This document shows positions 18,770-28,376 of a stretch of 64,000 nt of DNA, one piece after another (position 1 is the stretch's first letter; each line of letters begins with the position of its first letter). The position numbers and the translations under genes are program-made. A model generated the notes under the pieces. It was not told the DNA's origin. It saw nothing but the letters and a program-made list of their open reading frames with translations, and searched no databases. The stretch is from Escherichia phage vB_EcoM_Schickermooser: the sequence record NC_048196.1. One strand, given 5' to 3'.

Positions 18770-19585
18770 TTATTTGTTTAAGTGGTCTTCGACCATTTTA
18801 ATGAAACCTTCATTGCTGAAGGCTGTTGCAGCTTTTTCTCGGTAAACAAAAACTCCACGATCTTCATAGAGAAGTGTTTCTTCGTAATTAACTCCAGGGT
18901 TAACTACAACCATTTTTGTACCCATACTAAGTGCAGGAAATAATTCCCAATTAAAATTGATAACTTGGTTTGAACATCCTACTACTACAACCAAATCTTG
19001 CATGGTCAAAGTATCGAACAAGTGAGCCATATCTGCATACAAAGGTGCAGCCTCACCAAAAAATACAACATTAGGCTTCACCCAGTTATAATCATCTATG
19101 TTTATACTATTGTAACCAATATCTACCAGTGTTTTGTAATCTCCAGGATGCATACGGTAAACTACTTCAGGAAGATATCCGTGTACGTGAATAACAGAAT
19201 CTCTGTCTACACCTGCTCGCTCTAGTAGATCATCAACGTTTGTTGTCAAGTTTACTATTTGGTTAGGATATTCCTTAAACCACTTTGCTATTTGAATATG
19301 TGCAGCATTAGGTTGTACATCTTTAAGCTCAACACGTCTTTTGTTATAAAATTCGTGTGTTTTGGCATACAAATCCATACCGTTCTCGTCTACACCACCG
19401 ACCACTGGAAGATCTGGAGATGTTCTAACACGATAACCTGCTTGGAAAGCTCCAATATCGCAGACCTCTTCTAAATCATATTCTTCCCATAAAGCACGAC
19501 CACTATCTGTGTCTGTTCTAAATGTTCGAATCCCACTGTCTGCACTTAAACCTGCACCGCTTACAAAAATCACTCGTCTTGGCAT
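18770..19585 (-). CDS. Sir2-family NAD-dependent deacylase/ADP-ribosyltransferase
   Basis: GAGLSADSGIRTFR matches the sirtuin GAG(I/L)S..GI..FR signature. Confidence 0.65.
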   Translation of the reverse strand: MPRRVIFVSGAGLSADSGIRTFRTDTDSGRALWEEYDLEEVCDIGAFQAGYRVRTSPDLPVVGGVDENGMDLYAKTHEFYNKRRVELKDVQPNAAHIQIAKWFKEYPNQIVNLTTNVDDLLERAGVDRDSVIHVHGYLPEVVYRMHPGDYKTLVDIGYNSINIDDYNWVKPNVVFFGEAAPLYADMAHLFDTLTMQDLVVVVGCSNQVINFNWELFPALSMGTKMVVVNPGVNYEETLLYEDRGVFVYREKAATAFSNEGFIKMVEDHLNK

Positions 19586-20055
19586 TCTTCCTCCTCAAAT
19601 GGATCATAAGAATTGTACTCGTAAGTATCATCTTCTGAAAATTCTACTTCGAAATAAATATCAAACTCTGCAAACAGACGTAGGATGTTAGCCATGCTGT
19701 AATAATTATCGTAGGCAGATTCAGCTTCATAGTAAACATAAAGCAAATGGTTAGCCTTATCATCTTCCAAATATTTCCCGTCTGCATACGCATAGTCTGC
19801 ATATGCTTTACCTGCATCTTCCACAAGAGAACGATCAAGCAGAGTAGGAAATGGTTTCTCTTTTTCTTTTAGTTTGCTCACTAACCAATGTGCAATATCA
19901 TTCCATTCTGCATCCATACCACTAAAGCAACTTGCTTCTTCTCCAAAAGAAGCTTCTCCTAAATCGCCACTAATACGAATAACATTAGATGAATTATAGC
20001 CACACGTTTCACAATCAGAGTAACTATTATGCACATTGACATTTACTTGAAACAT
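19570..20055 (-). CDS. acidic hypothetical protein
   Basis: 161-aa ORF rich in D/E/Y. Confidence 0.5.
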   Translation of the reverse strand: MFQVNVNVHNSYSDCETCGYNSSNVIRISGDLGEASFGEEASCFSGMDAEWNDIAHWLVSKLKEKEKPFPTLLDRSLVEDAGKAYADYAYADGKYLEDDKANHLLYVYYEAESAYDNYYSMANILRLFAEFDIYFEVEFSEDDTYEYNSYDPFEEEECQDE

Positions 20056-20113
20056 ATTCCCTCCTATAAAAGAAAAGCCCCCTGAAACAGGAGGCTTTGT
20101 TCAGATGCTGGCA

Positions 20114-20767
20114 CTATACCAGACTTTGTAGGTATTTGTCAAGGGCTTCTTGATCGCCTTGACAAACATAGCAACGGAAGTCTTGAGCCGAAGGTTGTTT
20201 ATTTTCATCCCAGTCCCAATAAACATTACCCTTATAACGTGAACCAGGAAACTCAAAAGAGGCTGTATGTGTAATGTATCCTGGGCCACCAATGAAATCA
20301 CAGAATGAGAATTGGGGGTATGCCGCCTTTACTGCCTCAATAAACCAAGCTTTACGATCTAAAGCTTCATTGATGCTATACGCATGTCTCTCCATTTCTT
20401 CCCACGTTTTCCAGACACTTCTCTCATCAGGAGAAAAGACAAGCCATTCTGGAAGGTATAGAGTGTCATAGTAATCATCATATTCGATCTCGGAGGCGCA
20501 CGAAGCTGACTCCTCCAGTTTTGAGTAATCAAAAGCAGAATATACCCACCAACCATCTTCCAGTAACGCTTTGATAGGGACGAAGCCTTTATCAGCATAT
20601 TGATCGAATTGTTTGACACGGTGGCTTGTGCAGTCTTCAAACTCACATTCTAAACGATATGCACCTTTTCGACGAGCCTCAAGACCGTGTGTACTGAAAA
20701 TAACAACACTTCCTTCACCATCATTACGATCTACTTGATAAGCAACCACTGGTTTTGAATTTGACAT
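20114..20767 (-). CDS. hypothetical protein
   Basis: 217-aa ORF. Confidence 0.5.
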   Translation of the reverse strand: MSNSKPVVAYQVDRNDGEGSVVIFSTHGLEARRKGAYRLECEFEDCTSHRVKQFDQYADKGFVPIKALLEDGWWVYSAFDYSKLEESASCASEIEYDDYYDTLYLPEWLVFSPDERSVWKTWEEMERHAYSINEALDRKAWFIEAVKAAYPQFSFCDFIGGPGYITHTASFEFPGSRYKGNVYWDWDENKQPSAQDFRCYVCQGDQEALDKYLQSLV

Positions 20768-21450
20768 TATTTCTCCTTATCTAGAAGATTGTTAGACAAA
20801 AACACTGCACGAGCAAAACCACGTGCGGTTAGTGATCTAAGTTGTTTTGTTTTTGCACTAGCTCCACCTAAGCTTTTCCAACCCCAGAAGCAGCCTATAT
20901 GATCTACTGGTTTCTTCACTGGTTGAACAAAACCATTGCCGTGCCAAATACAAGTTTTCTTTGTATACCCATCACGGGTAGGCATTTTAGGATGAAAGCT
21001 TCCTTCCTCTTCAAACAAATACCCACCATACTCATAAGGATCAAAGTAAAAATCGGGTTTACGCCATAAGGTTGAAAGTTTACCTACTGGGTTCTCAATC
21101 ATCCAAGGAACATTATATTTGTTACCCAAAGCTTCCACTACACGAATATTAGCTAAAGCTTCATCCAATTCCTCTGTGCTGCGTTCGTGTTTGCTGCCAC
21201 TACCTGCTAACATAGTGCAAGGTGGAAATCCAAAAATAATATCGGGTTTAGGTATCCCATGATCTTCAGGGTTGAATGTAGAATCTATCCAGGCATTCAC
21301 ATAGGTTATGTTTGGGTGCTCCATCCTAACCTCGTATTTACCGTGATCCCCTTCATCAGCGTTTACACAAAAACACTTGTGACCTGCTTCGGCATAACGT
21401 AACACCATGATCCCAGATCCGTCAAACATAGACAAAACTGTTTTACTCAT
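20767..21450 (-). CDS. C5-cytosine methyltransferase-like protein (variant motifs)
   Basis: ATG 21450 after GGAGGGG; FDGSG (motif I-like), GFPPCT (PC motif IV-like), ENP (ENV-like). Confidence 0.45.
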   Translation of the reverse strand: MSKTVLSMFDGSGIMVLRYAEAGHKCFCVNADEGDHGKYEVRMEHPNITYVNAWIDSTFNPEDHGIPKPDIIFGFPPCTMLAGSGSKHERSTEELDEALANIRVVEALGNKYNVPWMIENPVGKLSTLWRKPDFYFDPYEYGGYLFEEEGSFHPKMPTRDGYTKKTCIWHGNGFVQPVKKPVDHIGCFWGWKSLGGASAKTKQLRSLTARGFARAVFLSNNLLDKEK

Positions 21451-21856
21451 TACCCCTCCATTCAAGACAAGCCATAACTTTACGCCAATCACTTTCTGTA
21501 AGAAAAATCTCGTTTGCTTTCTTCCACAAATCTAAATCGTGAAGGGTTGGAATACGGTATGTTAGTTCACAGAATCTATGCTCTTCTTCTGTAATATAAC
21601 CAAAATGCAGAGCCACATCGTGAAACCAACACCAACCATGCATCTCTCGAACAACATGGTCATGTTGAGACATTATTTTATGCCGTAAACCTAACCAACA
21701 AGGAACAGATACTTTAGTAGTCTTTAATCTGTGATCAACAGTATTAGAGTATTCAATAATAGCTGTCAGTTTCAATCGTGCTTTTTCTAAATCCTCATGC
21801 GTCACTTTGAAATAACTTTCTGAAAGATATCCACACATATTAATAACCTCCTTCAA
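21443..21856 (-). CDS. hypothetical protein
   Basis: 137-aa ORF overlapping neighbours by a few bases. Confidence 0.5.
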   Translation of the reverse strand: MKEVINMCGYLSESYFKVTHEDLEKARLKLTAIIEYSNTVDHRLKTTKVSVPCWLGLRHKIMSQHDHVVREMHGWCWFHDVALHFGYITEEEHRFCELTYRIPTLHDLDLWKKANEIFLTESDWRKVMACLEWRGNE

Positions 21857-22781
21857 AAGGCTTTACTACATGTTGATTAGCTTTAAAACGTTCAACATAG
21901 TCGTTTTCGCCCATGTTTTCATATAGCTTAATAACAACATAAAAGTTTTCCCAAGCATATTCCCTAAACCAACCACTAGTGATGGATGTGCAGACTTTAG
22001 ATAAAGCCATTATAAAACTTTGCTTAGGGGTTGGACCTCCGATCTCTCCACCGAAAGGAATTTGTGAACGTTCCAAAGCCAAAACACACGCTTCTTCATA
22101 AACACCTAACAGGCGCACATGTTTTGGTTGAGCAAAAAACTTTTCTTTGCTGGTCATAACTTCACTTCCATCTTTCATATAAGATTTATATGCCGGAGCA
22201 TCCATTACCGCGATTGCTTCATGGATAGAATCATGATCATAAACATACGGAACCTCATCACCTTTAAAAAAGTCTTTACTTTTTACGTTTAAGTTCGGAT
22301 GAGAGTAAGTGTATGTTTCTTTCTCACGCAACTCATAAATACTCTTAAGATTTTCTGGGATCTTTGCGCCCAGTGACCGCATGAAATGAATATCTTTCAT
22401 AGTTTTAAAGAAGTGAGGACTATCCTTTTTAAAACGATGACTCATTTTAAGAAGGTAGAGCACATCTAAAGGAGCAACAACATGTCCCGCGTAAGTTCGA
22501 CGAACATCATCAGAATCTTCACAATAACTAATCAAAGCTTCTGTGCTATCTCCTTGAGAAGCAATATCGTATTCCAAATGTGCACCAGCTATCATTTTGA
22601 CATGGCCTTTGTTTCCTTTACGTTCTACAAGTTCAACAAACTCCTCTTGAGAGAACATTTTTGATAATTCTTCCCACTCTTGTTCTGTACACAGGTAATC
22701 TAAATCTACACAAGGGCGATACAAGTCTTTTCCCATGTCCATAGCATGAATTTGCAATGCACGGCTACCAATTAACACCAT
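21840..22781 (-). CDS. hypothetical protein, possible nucleotidyltransferase fold
   Basis: N-terminal LIGSRALQ...DLDYL resembles GS...D.D of minimal NTase folds; GAGGAG SD. Confidence 0.45.
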   Translation of the reverse strand: MVLIGSRALQIHAMDMGKDLYRPCVDLDYLCTEQEWEELSKMFSQEEFVELVERKGNKGHVKMIAGAHLEYDIASQGDSTEALISYCEDSDDVRRTYAGHVVAPLDVLYLLKMSHRFKKDSPHFFKTMKDIHFMRSLGAKIPENLKSIYELREKETYTYSHPNLNVKSKDFFKGDEVPYVYDHDSIHEAIAVMDAPAYKSYMKDGSEVMTSKEKFFAQPKHVRLLGVYEEACVLALERSQIPFGGEIGGPTPKQSFIMALSKVCTSITSGWFREYAWENFYVVIKLYENMGENDYVERFKANQHVVKPFEGGY

Positions 22782-22811
22782 AATATTTCTCCTCTATTGG
22801 TTGATAGGTTA

Positions 22812-22840
22812 AGTTTATCAAGCTTCCAGATTCCTGTCAA
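22812..22840 (-). promoter_or_regulatory. sigma70-like promoter, minus strand (TTGACA-N17-TAAACT)
   Basis: immediately downstream of terminator hairpin, upstream of the 22781 start. Confidence 0.5.
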
Positions 22841-22845
22841 TAAAA

Positions 22846-22863
22846 AACCCGCCGAAGCGGGTT
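22846..22863 (-). terminator. intrinsic terminator, minus strand
   Basis: AACCCGC-CGAA-GCGGGTT hairpin followed on minus strand by TTTTTTA. Confidence 0.55.
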
Positions 22864-22871
22864 ATTATTTA

Positions 22872-23144
22872 CTAACACATTGAGGAAGAAGAGATCCAAA
22901 CACCTCTTGTGGTTAAACCGTTTTCATCCAACTCTACACCATAATCTTCACAAATGAAATCAATATAGTGATCTGCGGCTGGCGTTCCTGTAGGGTAATA
23001 AGTTTCTCCGTTACCGTAGTCACCTATCCAAGCTTGTTCCTGAAACTGTTCACAAAGTTCTTCAATCTCCTTACGAAACTTTCTTTGTGCTTGTTCCATC
23101 TCTTTAACTTTCTTTTTTATCAGCAGTTCGCCTTCAGACTCCAC
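22872..23144 (-). CDS. small acidic protein, 'SS-C tail' family member
   Basis: C-terminus GVWISSSSMC; two paralogs downstream. Confidence 0.5.
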   Translation of the reverse strand: MESEGELLIKKKVKEMEQAQRKFRKEIEELCEQFQEQAWIGDYGNGETYYPTGTPAADHYIDFICEDYGVELDENGLTTRGVWISSSSMC

Positions 23145-23153
23145 AATCTCTCC

Positions 23154-23414
23154 TTAACAGCTACTACTGTGCCAAACGCCTTGAGAATTAACGACGAAAC
23201 CATCATCACCTTCACCATAACAAGAAGAGGATTGCCAATCTTCAAAACAGATTGCGTCATTTTCTAAACTAAGACCAAAACCAGCATCTTCAGCTTCTTT
23301 TGTAAGTTCGTCCACTAAAGCCATAATAGCTTGGGCTTTTTCAGTTAATTCTTCAACATTACGATCACTCATTAGTATTTCTCCTCCGGTTGGAAAACTG
23401 AACGACAAGCCCAC
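23154..23414 (-). CDS. small acidic protein, 'SS-C tail' family member
   Basis: C-terminus GVWHSSSC. Confidence 0.5.
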   Translation of the reverse strand: MGLSFSFPTGGEILMSDRNVEELTEKAQAIMALVDELTKEAEDAGFGLSLENDAICFEDWQSSSCYGEGDDGFVVNSQGVWHSSSC

Positions 23415-23686
23415 ATACTAGCTTCTTTTAAATGTTTAATAGCACAACGGATTTGATCAATACGCTCGTATGCAACATCTAATTCTTTTTCTGTGCCGTC
23501 AAAAGACCCATGATATGCTTCACAATACTCTTCCTCTAAAGCTTTGAAGATTAAACCTAAACGCTCTTCTGCATCTTTAATAGCGTTAACCTTGCCAATC
23601 TTATCGTCAGTATGCGCCTTATAACCTTTGATATCTTCGATTCCCACTTTACCTCCTATTAACAACTTAAAGAAGATGGATGCCAA
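23372..23686 (-). CDS. hypothetical protein
   Basis: 104-aa ORF. Confidence 0.45.
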   Translation of the reverse strand: MASIFFKLLIGGKVGIEDIKGYKAHTDDKIGKVNAIKDAEERLGLIFKALEEEYCEAYHGSFDGTEKELDVAYERIDQIRCAIKHLKEASMWACRSVFQPEEKY

Positions 23687-23856
23687 TTTGTCCCAGTATT
23701 CTCATTTTCATCTTCTGGATCATAATAACCCCCCATCCCATATTCAGGGGAGAAACGGAAACCTTCTCCAGTCTCGTCTGCTAACTGCTCTGCTTCCGCT
23801 AAAGCATCATAAGCTGCTTTTACGGCTTCTTCTACTGTTTTAAACTTGGTCGTCAT
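23659..23856 (-). CDS. small acidic protein, 'SS-C tail' family member
   Basis: C-terminus TNWHPSSLSC. Confidence 0.5.
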   Translation of the reverse strand: MTTKFKTVEEAVKAAYDALAEAEQLADETGEGFRFSPEYGMGGYYDPEDENENTGTNWHPSSLSC

Positions 23857-24130
23857 AAAATTTCTCCTCTCCTAAAGACATGGTGACATGAAATGCACGA
23901 TATGTAAATTCGTTGTCCGTTGTGTTTGAATAAAACTCAAATTGAACAACACCGTCTTGAGAAGACAAATACATGCCAATTTGAACTGTACCTTCTGGTA
24001 CCAGGTAAGCATACTCTGGGCGTAGTGTTACATTGTAAAAATAAAGTTCCCCAACACCCATTTCATCCCAAGCTTCCCAAGCGGTAACGAAGTTACTTTC
24101 AAAACTTGTTACTGATCCGAACTCTGCCAT
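23840..24130 (-). CDS. hypothetical protein
   Basis: 96-aa ORF. Confidence 0.5.
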   Translation of the reverse strand: MAEFGSVTSFESNFVTAWEAWDEMGVGELYFYNVTLRPEYAYLVPEGTVQIGMYLSSQDGVVQFEFYSNTTDNEFTYRAFHVTMSLGEEKFYDDQV

Positions 24131-24621
24131 AAAACCTCCTCAATCTTGTAGTTTGACTCCATCTCCAACACATTTCCACGAACGTCTCTCCGAAGAAAGG
24201 CATAAGCTTTATTAGGTATTGTAGACTCATATTTAACCATATCTGGCACAGCAAAAGATACTACTACTCCTGCTGGACTTCTGTCAAGAGCCTTATTAAT
24301 ATTTCTAAGGATATCATTAGCCAAGATCTCTGCCAATTCTCCAAGAACAGTTTCGGTTATATCTTTATATCCCATTAAGTATTTGTTGATATCTTTCATC
24401 TCTGTATTGTTCAGAGTATAATCTAAAGGATAGAAATTCAAAGCGGAGTCACTTTTATGTGTCCACATGAAATGTACCCGATCCGAGCAGAATCGTAACC
24501 CTCTACGAAGAATATCTTCTACAACAGGGAGAATTTCTTTTGTCACATCATTAACCATGTTGTAATCTAAGATTTCTGCCAAATTTGTTCTTTGTTCACC
24601 ACGTTTACGTTTAGGAATCAC
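24109..24621 (-). CDS. hypothetical protein
   Basis: 170-aa ORF. Confidence 0.5.
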   Translation of the reverse strand: MIPKRKRGEQRTNLAEILDYNMVNDVTKEILPVVEDILRRGLRFCSDRVHFMWTHKSDSALNFYPLDYTLNNTEMKDINKYLMGYKDITETVLGELAEILANDILRNINKALDRSPAGVVVSFAVPDMVKYESTIPNKAYAFLRRDVRGNVLEMESNYKIEEVLWQSSDQ

Positions 24622-25192
24622 TTGTTATTGCCCTCATTACCAAAGGTCGTAGAAAATCGTAAATCTCTTGTTTTGTTTTCCCACGAATGTTTAAACAAGG
24701 AACATTATTGGCTTTAGCTATCTTCCAAGCCGTAGCTGTTCCACCTTTTGCATCTCCATGTTTATCAGTATTAGCACAAGCCAACAAGAAACATGATGGA
24801 GCAGGATTCTCCAAATCTCTACCTAACACTTGATGCACATTACGTTGGTGCAATTTTCTAGCACCCTGCTTAAGCTTTTCATAGGCTGGGTGAACATCTT
24901 TGATCCATTGCACAGAGATAGCATAGTTCATTGTATCTGGTTTTGCAAGAACAATAACATCCCCTGGAATCTGATTACCTTTGAAATTTTCCCAAGGAAC
25001 ATAAATCTCCTTGTTAGTAGGATTTTCAGACTCTTGGACACCTGTTTCAAAAGCAGAATCACTACCCTCTGCCTTCCCAGACCTTAATTTAAACCCAAGG
25101 TTTGAAAGCCATTTCCCTATACCTACCATCAAAGCCCACTCTTCTTCGGATATGTCTCTACTTCCAACTCCCGTATAGAACAGTTCTGCCAT
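24611..25192 (-). CDS. DprA/Smf-like (SLOG-type Rossmann) protein
   Basis: ATG 25192 after GAGGTGA; YTGVGSRD and SGKAEGSD motifs. Confidence 0.45.
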   Translation of the reverse strand: MAELFYTGVGSRDISEEEWALMVGIGKWLSNLGFKLRSGKAEGSDSAFETGVQESENPTNKEIYVPWENFKGNQIPGDVIVLAKPDTMNYAISVQWIKDVHPAYEKLKQGARKLHQRNVHQVLGRDLENPAPSCFLLACANTDKHGDAKGGTATAWKIAKANNVPCLNIRGKTKQEIYDFLRPLVMRAITSDS

Positions 25193-25199
25193 AATCACC

Positions 25200-25508
25200 T
25201 CAACAAGTAATTTCAAAAGGTGTATACGGTTCCGTATTTCTCATGATCCAAGGACTGCTAGGATTGCTCGGATCATAAGGACCAAAAGGTTTTATGGTCG
25301 GTTGTGTTTCTTTCTTCTGAATCTCTTCAAAAATACGACGAAGTTCAGAATATTCTTGATCCACCATAAGATTCGGTGCATCTGATTCTACAGCTTGCAG
25401 GTTATCTTCCTTAAGAACAATCTCACGAACAAGATTAACATCTTCTGTTTCTAAGATAACTTCTTTACGGATATTACCTACACTTTGAATAATTGTAATC
25501 TTATACAT
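25200..25508 (-). CDS. hypothetical protein
   Basis: 102-aa ORF. Confidence 0.5.
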   Translation of the reverse strand: MYKITIIQSVGNIRKEVILETEDVNLVREIVLKEDNLQAVESDAPNLMVDQEYSELRRIFEEIQKKETQPTIKPFGPYDPSNPSSPWIMRNTEPYTPFEITC

Positions 25509-26251
25509 TAATCCTCCTCAAGAGTTGAATAAAATTGAAGACCACCGTCCATATCGAAATAAGCAAATGTTAAGTTATTATTGAACACAGATCCAGTATC
25601 CATATAAACACGATTCGCATTGATAATAGGTGTTTTTACATAAGAGTGTCCATGAAACACATAATCCACACCCATCACAACAGGAAGTTTCATTCCCTCT
25701 TTAGCACAGTCTACCATATCTCTGTCCCACATAAGTGCTTCAGCAAAACGGTTTTCCTGTGTTTTTGTCATCTTCGAAATGTATTCTGGAATATCTGTTA
25801 CAGGGAGATATTCCAAAGAAGATGGATACCCACCATGAATAAACGCAAGTTTCATGCCTCTGTAGTTAACAATGAGAACAACAGGTAAATCTTCTGTCAT
25901 CATTGCTAAGGCTGTAGCTCCTTCTTCACCACATTCTTCAAAGACCGTATATCCTCCATTTTGATACCAACACTCGTAGTAGCTACGATCTCCTTCCAGC
26001 ATACCTTTAATCATCATGTCTTCATGATTGCCACGAATAGCGTAGCGATTGTGTTTACGAGTAAATTCTAAAACACAACGAAAGTTTTGCTTTCCACGGT
26101 CAGTAAGATCTCCTAGAGATACAACCACATCTGTATCTCGGATACCTAACTTTGCCTTTCCTTTTTCATACAAATTATAACAACCGTGTAGATCTCCAAT
26201 TATAAAAAGATCTTGATCGCTTTTAACAGTAATTTCTCTGTGTATGATCAC
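25508..26251 (-). CDS. Ser/Thr protein phosphatase (lambda-phosphatase-like metallophosphoesterase)
   Basis: GDLHG, GDLTDRG and GNHE motifs. Confidence 0.7.
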   Translation of the reverse strand: MIIHREITVKSDQDLFIIGDLHGCYNLYEKGKAKLGIRDTDVVVSLGDLTDRGKQNFRCVLEFTRKHNRYAIRGNHEDMMIKGMLEGDRSYYECWYQNGGYTVFEECGEEGATALAMMTEDLPVVLIVNYRGMKLAFIHGGYPSSLEYLPVTDIPEYISKMTKTQENRFAEALMWDRDMVDCAKEGMKLPVVMGVDYVFHGHSYVKTPIINANRVYMDTGSVFNNNLTFAYFDMDGGLQFYSTLEED

Positions 26252-26577
26252 TTATCCTCCTCAAAATCTAAGAAAATAAAAATATTCACCTTTCCTTCAA
26301 TCTCTTGTTCTAAAACAAGATCGGCAAATTCTGCATAAGCTTTCTCTTCAACTTTTTCAATATGTTCTGCGGCATCTTTAAAAGGTGTATCCCCATCCAC
26401 CTTTACTAATAAGAAAAGAGATCGCATTTCGACGCTTTTACTGTTACGAGGAAGGAAATCTACAGCTTCAACAATTCTCCAACCCAAATAGCCAGGGGTT
26501 TTATGAATCTCCCCTAAATACTTTTCTAAGATTTTACGACCCTCGTCGATAAGGGCTTGTTCTGTAGTAATTTCCAT
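26248..26577 (-). CDS. hypothetical protein
   Basis: 109-aa ORF. Confidence 0.5.
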   Translation of the reverse strand: MEITTEQALIDEGRKILEKYLGEIHKTPGYLGWRIVEAVDFLPRNSKSVEMRSLFLLVKVDGDTPFKDAAEHIEKVEEKAYAEFADLVLEQEIEGKVNIFIFLDFEEDK

Positions 26578-26587
26578 TCCTTCCTCC

Positions 26588-27178
26588 TCAAATTATTAAC
26601 GAAACCGCATGACTAAATCTTGGTTCAGATATAACCTCTGCTACAGTCACATATGTATCGTGCAGCCAAAAAGATTCTACTCTACAAACACAAATACCGT
26701 TGATAATGAAATCTACACAGGATTTATTATTTTCGCACACCTGTTGACTATAAACAACCCCTAAAGAGTCATAAAGTGATCTCACTGTTGCTACCATTTC
26801 ATCTGTTTCGTCTTCCTGTGAAACAAAGAAAACGAATACAGACAAGTTATTAGCGAAAGTATTGCTATTCTCTACTTCAACCGACTTACAAGGTAAAAAG
26901 GAGTAATATTTACCGTTAGGTATCAATTTCGCCTCAACCTGGTTAAGTATGCTTTGAGATGGTTTTGTTACATAAAAAAGATTTTCTGTTGGGTTTTCAA
27001 CATTACTCCTTACTATGCAACGAGTGGGGTTCGAAGGATCAAAAACATGATCGAAATCGACACACACAGGTAAGTTAACAACTTTAAACTTTTTGCTAAG
27101 AATGCTTACTGCTGTAAAAATCAAACCAGCATTTATTTTGCCAGTGAAAGTTGAACGCATAACTACTCCTCGGATCAT
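26588..27178 (-). CDS. hypothetical protein
   Basis: 196-aa ORF. Confidence 0.5.
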   Translation of the reverse strand: MIRGVVMRSTFTGKINAGLIFTAVSILSKKFKVVNLPVCVDFDHVFDPSNPTRCIVRSNVENPTENLFYVTKPSQSILNQVEAKLIPNGKYYSFLPCKSVEVENSNTFANNLSVFVFFVSQEDETDEMVATVRSLYDSLGVVYSQQVCENNKSCVDFIINGICVCRVESFWLHDTYVTVAEVISEPRFSHAVSLII

Positions 27179-27369
27179 TCTACCAAAGAGAATTCCGCCT
27201 CTTCCAGGTAGATTACAGACCTTGTTGCATGATATTTAACGCTCCAGAAATTACCTTCGCGCCGTAAAAGTATCTCATTCACATCAAGATTGCTTAGAAA
27301 AACCATATAACTTAAAGCTTGTTGACGCGTTGAGAATTGTTTCTCTAAAAGTTCTTCTCCGCTCTGCAT
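27175..27369 (-). CDS. hypothetical protein
   Basis: 64-aa ORF, ATGA overlap. Confidence 0.45.
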   Translation of the reverse strand: MQSGEELLEKQFSTRQQALSYMVFLSNLDVNEILLRREGNFWSVKYHATRSVIYLEEAEFSLVE

Positions 27370-27414
27370 AATCCCTCCTTAAAATACTCCCTCCGAAAAG
27401 GGAGTATAAGTATA

Positions 27415-27618
27415 TCACGTAGTTGTTATGTTGTCTTCTTGGATACTAGAATCCACTTCTGCAAACATATCTTCTGCACTGTAATTATTTCCAGTCCAGC
27501 GTGATAAAAGGATAGCACCAATCTCTTTTGCATGAGATTCGGACTCTGCATAAACGTTAGTCCCAGTGTCACCTTTTTTCTTTTCATGTGCATAAATGCA
27601 GTAATAATTGTAAGCCAT
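27415..27618 (-). CDS. hypothetical protein
   Basis: 67-aa ORF. Confidence 0.45.
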   Translation of the reverse strand: MAYNYYCIYAHEKKKGDTGTNVYAESESHAKEIGAILLSRWTGNNYSAEDMFAEVDSSIQEDNITTT

Positions 27619-27854
27619 TAATCTTCCCAGTCATTGCCCTCGGTAGAGTGAACTAAAGCTCGCACGATACCACCGTAATCTACTGCCTGATTTGCAGCAT
27701 GTTCGGCATAAACTTCAATGGCTTTTTTGAAGAAAAGAGCAGTAGCTGCTTCAATATTATCCATTTCGCCATCTACGTCAGTAGAAAGTGAAAGGTTGAG
27801 GCTTTCATCTACTTCATCAAAATCAATAGCCACTGTCATAATTAGTTTACCCAT
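27618..27854 (-). CDS. hypothetical protein
   Basis: 78-aa ORF. Confidence 0.45.
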   Translation of the reverse strand: MGKLIMTVAIDFDEVDESLNLSLSTDVDGEMDNIEAATALFFKKAIEVYAEHAANQAVDYGGIVRALVHSTEGNDWED

Positions 27855-27866
27855 AGTTCACACTCC

Positions 27867-28376
27867 TTAAACAAAATAAAATGGTTGAGAGAGGCCCAAA
27901 CGATTCTTTGGGTCGTATACATACCAAGCGTATGCTGTCTTATCTGTTCCACCTGCAACAAACGAAGGACGTTCTGAAAGGACTATAAGGTTTGTTGGTG
28001 GATTCTTTTGATGGAACTCTCGTCGTTTCTTTGACTCCAAGAAGCCCAACCGAAGAAGATAAATACAAACATCCGCCTCTTTTAAGCTCTTTTCCAAGAA
28101 CTCCATTGCTAACTTAAATGGAGGATTTGTGATTATAATGTCGGGACGATTTTCCCATTCATGACTAAAATAATCTTTACCTTCTTCAAGTTCGCAATAT
28201 TCTGAACCTTCAGGAAAATGGCGATAAATCGCTTCAGCTTCACCTCTGCAAGGTTCTGCAAAAACCCAACCTTCTTCCTTTAGATTTTTGAAATCTATAA
28301 CACTAAACAAACTATTGATTGCTTTTTGCGGTGTCGGATAATAATCGCTCGTTGGGCGATCATAATCTAATGCCAT
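27867..28376 (-). CDS. small Dam-like N6-adenine DNA methyltransferase (putative)
   Basis: DIIITNPPF resembles catalytic motif IV (D/N)PP(Y/F); 169 aa. Confidence 0.45.
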   Translation of the reverse strand: MALDYDRPTSDYYPTPQKAINSLFSVIDFKNLKEEGWVFAEPCRGEAEAIYRHFPEGSEYCELEEGKDYFSHEWENRPDIIITNPPFKLAMEFLEKSLKEADVCIYLLRLGFLESKKRREFHQKNPPTNLIVLSERPSFVAGGTDKTAYAWYVYDPKNRLGLSQPFYFV

